The notes under the pieces: model-generated | What the model saw: the letters and a program-made list of their open reading frames with translations, nothing else | Told to the model about the DNA's origin: nothing | Databases searched by the model: none | In this document: piece after piece, positions 44,409 through 64,000 of the stretch | Numbering within the stretch: the first letter of the stretch is position 1 | Layout of the letters: each line of letters begins with the position of its first letter | Translations under genes and position numbers: made by a program | Assembly (NCBI RefSeq): GCF_009914755.1 | Contig: NC_060941.1 | Length of the DNA stretch: 64,000 nt | Source of the DNA: the human T2T-CHM13v2.0 reference genome, Homo sapiens | Strand: one strand, 5' to 3'

Positions 44409-47400
44409 GCCAAGAAGGAAACTCTTGTTCTCCCAATTTTATCAGAAGGCTGCCTGATTCCTATAGGATGAGAAGCAGGCAGCGGTGTCTGGATTTGCCT
44501 GGTCATCTAGGCTCTGTTACATATCATCTGCATGTTCTTTTTCATTGTGGAGGGGATCTTTTATGGATCTGTTGCTAGCGGGGACTGCCTCTCTTTACAG
44601 ATCTTTTGGCTGCCAGGAATTTCAAGGAGCAAAAAGTACTTTGGGTAGGCTGGCTGCACTCCAGGTTGTGAGTAGCGGTCTCACTGTGGGGGACTGAGAT
44701 GTTTGCAGTTTGCAGGAGGCTTTTGGGTTCTCTGGCAGGAATCCTTGAACATGGCTTTGACTCTAGCACAGGCCCTCTCATTCTCCAAGGGAAGCATTGA
44801 TTTTCCATTGCTTTCATGAGGAGTCCATACTACTCTTCATCAGCACTCCTAAACACACTTTTTTTGGCTTGCAATTGCCTCAGGCGGCCACTGAGACGCT
44901 CTCTGAACTGCATCTGCACCTGTGAAGTCAGTCCAAAGTGTGAGACTTCTGCTTCACTTTGAACTTGCCTTTGTCATGGTTCCTGCCTTTCCCAAAGAGC
45001 CATGTTGAGAAGCAGGAGCCCCTGTGAGGCCCAGGATGAAGGGAGGCAGTGAGCTCAAGGGCCCGGCCATTTTCTGCTGACATCTGCCTCTGGGGTCTCA
45101 GGTATGATTTCATCACCTGGACACCCCTTAACATCTCAGCAGACTGTATTCCCTTCCCCCATGGGACCCGATTCTTGCACACAGCCTCTTTCGGGAATGG
45201 AATCGGAAGAACAGTTTCTAGCTCCCACCTCAGTCTCCAAGTGCCTCCTCCTCCAGCGGGACCTGACCATGGAGACAGCCCGAAGAGGCCTGCATAGAGG
45301 GTTCGGGGGTGAGTCTTTTTGAAACTTGCCCCCTCTGTGATGTCTAAGTACAGCCTGCCTGTGTTCCCCAGGCTGCTCTCTCCCAGGAGGGGCTTCCTGC
45401 AGAAACACACAGCCTCTGAAGCTGCTGGGATGTGTGTTTCTTTGGGAATGTTTCAAGTTGTGGATATCTGCGTGTGGGTGCAGACATGTGAGTGTGTGTG
45501 TGTGTGGGGGGGGTAAGTGGAGTCTGCTGAAAGAAATGTGGCTAACGCACTGCAGCACTTTGTTTTTTGTCACCCCACCTTCCGGTGGCCTGTCTCTGTG
45601 GCTCTGCTTGGGCTGAGGGTCTCCATGTTCTTCATTTTTCCATGGCTCCTGAGTCCACAGTAAATTGGAAGAATGGCTGACAACCGCCAGGGTCAAAATC
45701 ACCTCCCCTTGCAAAAAAACCACATTTCTAAAAAGAAGAGAAGCACACCACACCCCAAAACAGACAACTCCCCGTGCTTTATTGTTCTGTGGCCAGCCCT
45801 GGGCCAGACCCCCGCAGTCCAGTCGCAGGGCTTTTTGAATTTACCTCGATTTTGGTTTGTAGCTGAGCAGGTGCTTCAGGTCATCAGGAAGCACTCCTCC
45901 ATTGTCTCGGAATTTTATTCTGGGATGCAGAGTGTGAGCAACAATAAGGTCAGATAGGGGTGAGGATACAGTCTGTTGAGGTATGGATGGGATCTCGCAC
46001 CTTCACCTCAAAAAAGGTGCAGACAAATGACACAGAAGTTGCTTCTAACTGCATCCCCTCATTCCCTTCATTGCACAGTCAACAGCATGGCCCGGTGCCC
46101 AGGTGGGATGACTCAATCGTGCAGAGAAAAGTTGGATTGTAAACTGGGGCCCTTCAGGCCAGCTCCAGAATTGAGCTTTCATTCCTGGAGCCACATTGGA
46201 GTGAGACGGATTGATGCTGGGTTGGATGTGGCCTCCACACTGGCCTCCTCTTTTCCTGACTTCCATGTCCCTTGTGGGCCTAGAGTTTCCTAGGTCTGGC
46301 TTAGAGTTTCTTCCATGTTCCTCATGAACCTGGGGTTTTTAAGGGTCTGGCTCAAAGTCTTCCACACAAAAAGTTTCTCAGTTCATGGAGGACGACTCTA
46401 ATGGGAATCAATTGCATCAGTGTTTTCTTATAAACACTGTCATGTTTTAATGACTGGGCAGTTGTGATAGTTTTGGAATCGTAAATTTTGAGTATATCCA
46501 CGATCAAGGTAACTCTTGTTCTCCCACTTCTAAAGGACAGCTGCATGACTCCTGTAGGATGAGAAACAGGCAGCTGTGTCTGGCTTTTACCTGGCAATCT
46601 AGGCTCTGTTTCATGTCATCTGCACTTCCTTTCTCATTGTGGATGGGGCTTTTCATTGGGCTGTTGGTGGGTGGGACTGCCTTTCATCGTGGATGTTTTG
46701 GTTGCCAGGAATATCAGAGAGCAAAAGGTATTTTGGGTAGGCTGCCTGCACACCAGGTTGTGGGTAGTGGTCTCATAGTGGTGGCTGGCATTGTTTGCAC
46801 TTTGCAGGAAGCTTTTAAGTCCTGTGGCAGGAATCCTTGAACATGGCTTGGACTCCTGCGCAAGTCTGCTCATTCTCCCAGGAAAGCCTTGATTTTTCTT
46901 TGCTTTCATGGGGGGTCCACAGTGCCCATCAATGGCACTCCTGGACGTTATTTTCAGGTTTCAAATTGCCCCAGACAGCCTCTGAGACACTCTCTCAACC
47001 TCAAGTGCACCCGTGAGAGGCCTGTTAGAGGTGTGAGAACACTGCTCCACCTTGAACTTGCTTTTGTCATGGTTTCTGCCTTTCCCAGAGAGCCGTGCTG
47101 AGAAGCAGGAGCCCCTGTGAGGCCCGGGATGAAGGAAGGCATGGGGTTCAAGGGCCTGGCTGTTTTCCACTGACACCTTCCTCTTGGATCTCAGATATCC
47201 CATCACCTAGAGACCTCTTAACAACTCACCAGACATTATTCCCATCCTCAGGAGACCCAATTCATGCACACATCCTTTTTTGGGAATGGAGTCAGGAGAG
47301 CAGTCTCCAGAGCCCACCTCACAGTCTTCAAACTCCTCCTTCTCCTGTGGGACCCTACCACAGAGATGGATCATAAAGGCCCTATGTTCGAGACTATTAG

Positions 47401-48644
47401 CGTGCTGCAGTTGGTTGCTGCAGGCAGCCTTTTTCTGGCGACTAGGCCGGTTCTGGCTGTACCATTTTCCTGAGCTTTGGCAGGCTTACAGCCCTGACAG
47501 CCAGGTGCCTGAGCCTGCCTGGTGAATGCGCATGTGACAGCCAGGTCACCAGGCACCAGTGGTGAGCAGTGGCTCACGTCACAGTGAATGCCACCGTTGC
47601 CTGGTGACAAGTCCCTTCATCTTGGCAGAGAAGGAATCCTCTGTGGATGTGTGTCAGTGTTGGACTCTCACCTGTCTACTCTGAGGGCTCTATGGGATAT
47701 TCCCACAATCCTTGGAGTGGGCAGTGGTGAGCCAGCCTGAAGAAACATCAAGTGGAGCCCCAGGAATAAACCACGAAATCCCTAAGGATCCAAAAGGATA
47801 CCCATGATGAGTCAGGCCTGCCTAGACGGTGTGGGGGTGAGTCTTTTTGAAACTTCCTCCTTGTGATTTCTAGGTACAGCCCACCTCTGTTTCCTGGAGC
47901 TGCTTTCTCTCAGAAGGGGCTTTCTGCAGAACCACGCAGCCTCAGGAGCTGCCAGGCTGTGTGTTTCTGTGGAATTGTTGCGAGTGTTCGGATGTCTGCA
48001 TGTGTGTGTGGCTGTGTGTGAGTGTGTTTGTGTGTGTCTGTGTGTGTGTGTAAGTGGCATCTGCTAAAAGGAATGTGACTAACGCACCGCAGCACTTTCT
48101 TTTTTTTGAGTCCCTTCACCTTCTGGTGCACCTGTCTGTGTGGCTCTGCTTGGCCTATGGGGCTGCATGTTCTTTGTTTTTCCATGGTTCCTGAGTCCAC
48201 AGTGAGTTGGGGGGGGGGATGGCTGAGACCCACAGGTGTACAAATCACCTCCCCATACAAAGGAGCCACTCTTCTAGAAAAAAGAGGAGCACATCACTGT
48301 CAGGAACAGACACCTGTCAGGGCCTCATTTTCCTTTGGCCAACCCAGAGTGGGACCCTAGCAGTCCTGTCTGCAGGCCCCTTGAATCCAATTCAAATTCA
48401 GTTTGCAGCTGAGCAGGTGCTTCACATCATGAAGGGAGCACTCCTCCAACATCTTGGGATTTCATTCTAGAACTAAGAGTGTGAGCAGCAATAAGGTCAG
48501 ATAGGGGTGAGCATACAATCTGCTCCTTCATCTGCAAAAAAAGGTGCAGACAGATGACACAGGAAGTGCTTCCAACTCCATCCTTGCATTCCCTTCATTG
48601 CACAAGCTGTCCACAACGTGGCCCTGTGGCCAGGTGGGAGGACT

Positions 48645-48650
<6 letters not shown>
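44409..48650. repeat. Island of ~1.9 diverged units of a ~2.5-kb GC-richer tandem repeat (SST1/MER22/NBL2-like)
   Basis: Colinear homology: 'aactcttgttctccca' at 44420 and 46511, 'gagtctttttgaaactt' at 45311 and 47839, 'gagcagcaataaggtcagatagggg'-like at ~45935 and ~48484, and a TG-rich tract in each unit. The tandem structure is certain; the family name is from recalled similarity. Confidence 0.7.

Positions 48651-64000
<15,350 letters not shown>

Noticed and set aside
44485-48470. Dense cluster of 60-205-aa ORFs on both strands
   Set aside because: Expected from higher GC content. Frames are not conserved between the two repeat units.

Overview
This is primate (most likely hominid) pericentromeric DNA spanning a chromosome-arm/satellite boundary, and it contains no supportable host gene. 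Bases 1 to ~34,720 are AT-rich arm sequence packed with interspersed repeats: MIR, L2, old L1M, MER5/Charlie DNA-transposon relics, MaLR/ERVL LTRs, FLAM/AluJ/AluS/AluY, and five primate L1 3' fragments. From ~34,720 to the end lies divergent, single-orientation, monomeric ~171-bp alpha satellite in which I saw no CENP-B box. It is interrupted by two AluY insertions and a ~4.2-kb island of a GC-richer ~2.5-kb tandem repeat (SST1/MER22/NBL2-like). All long ORFs are L1 ORF2 remnants or repeat-derived. I found no new protein-coding system. The most unusual structure is in the DNA itself. (1) A head-to-head double L1PA2 has poly(A) tails at both outer ends, and its inverted arms contain a sharply bounded ~865-bp near-identical tract (gene-conversion signature). 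(2) Non-consensus bases are shared among four alternately oriented neighbouring L1s of different subfamilies. (3) Locally templated insertion scars occur at ~9.4-9.7 kb and exactly at the arm/alpha junction. (4) The 'monomeric' alpha array hides multi-monomer and ~22-kb paralogy. Repeat family names are from recalled consensus similarity, not from a database search, and boundaries are approximate unless a TSD or junction is quoted.
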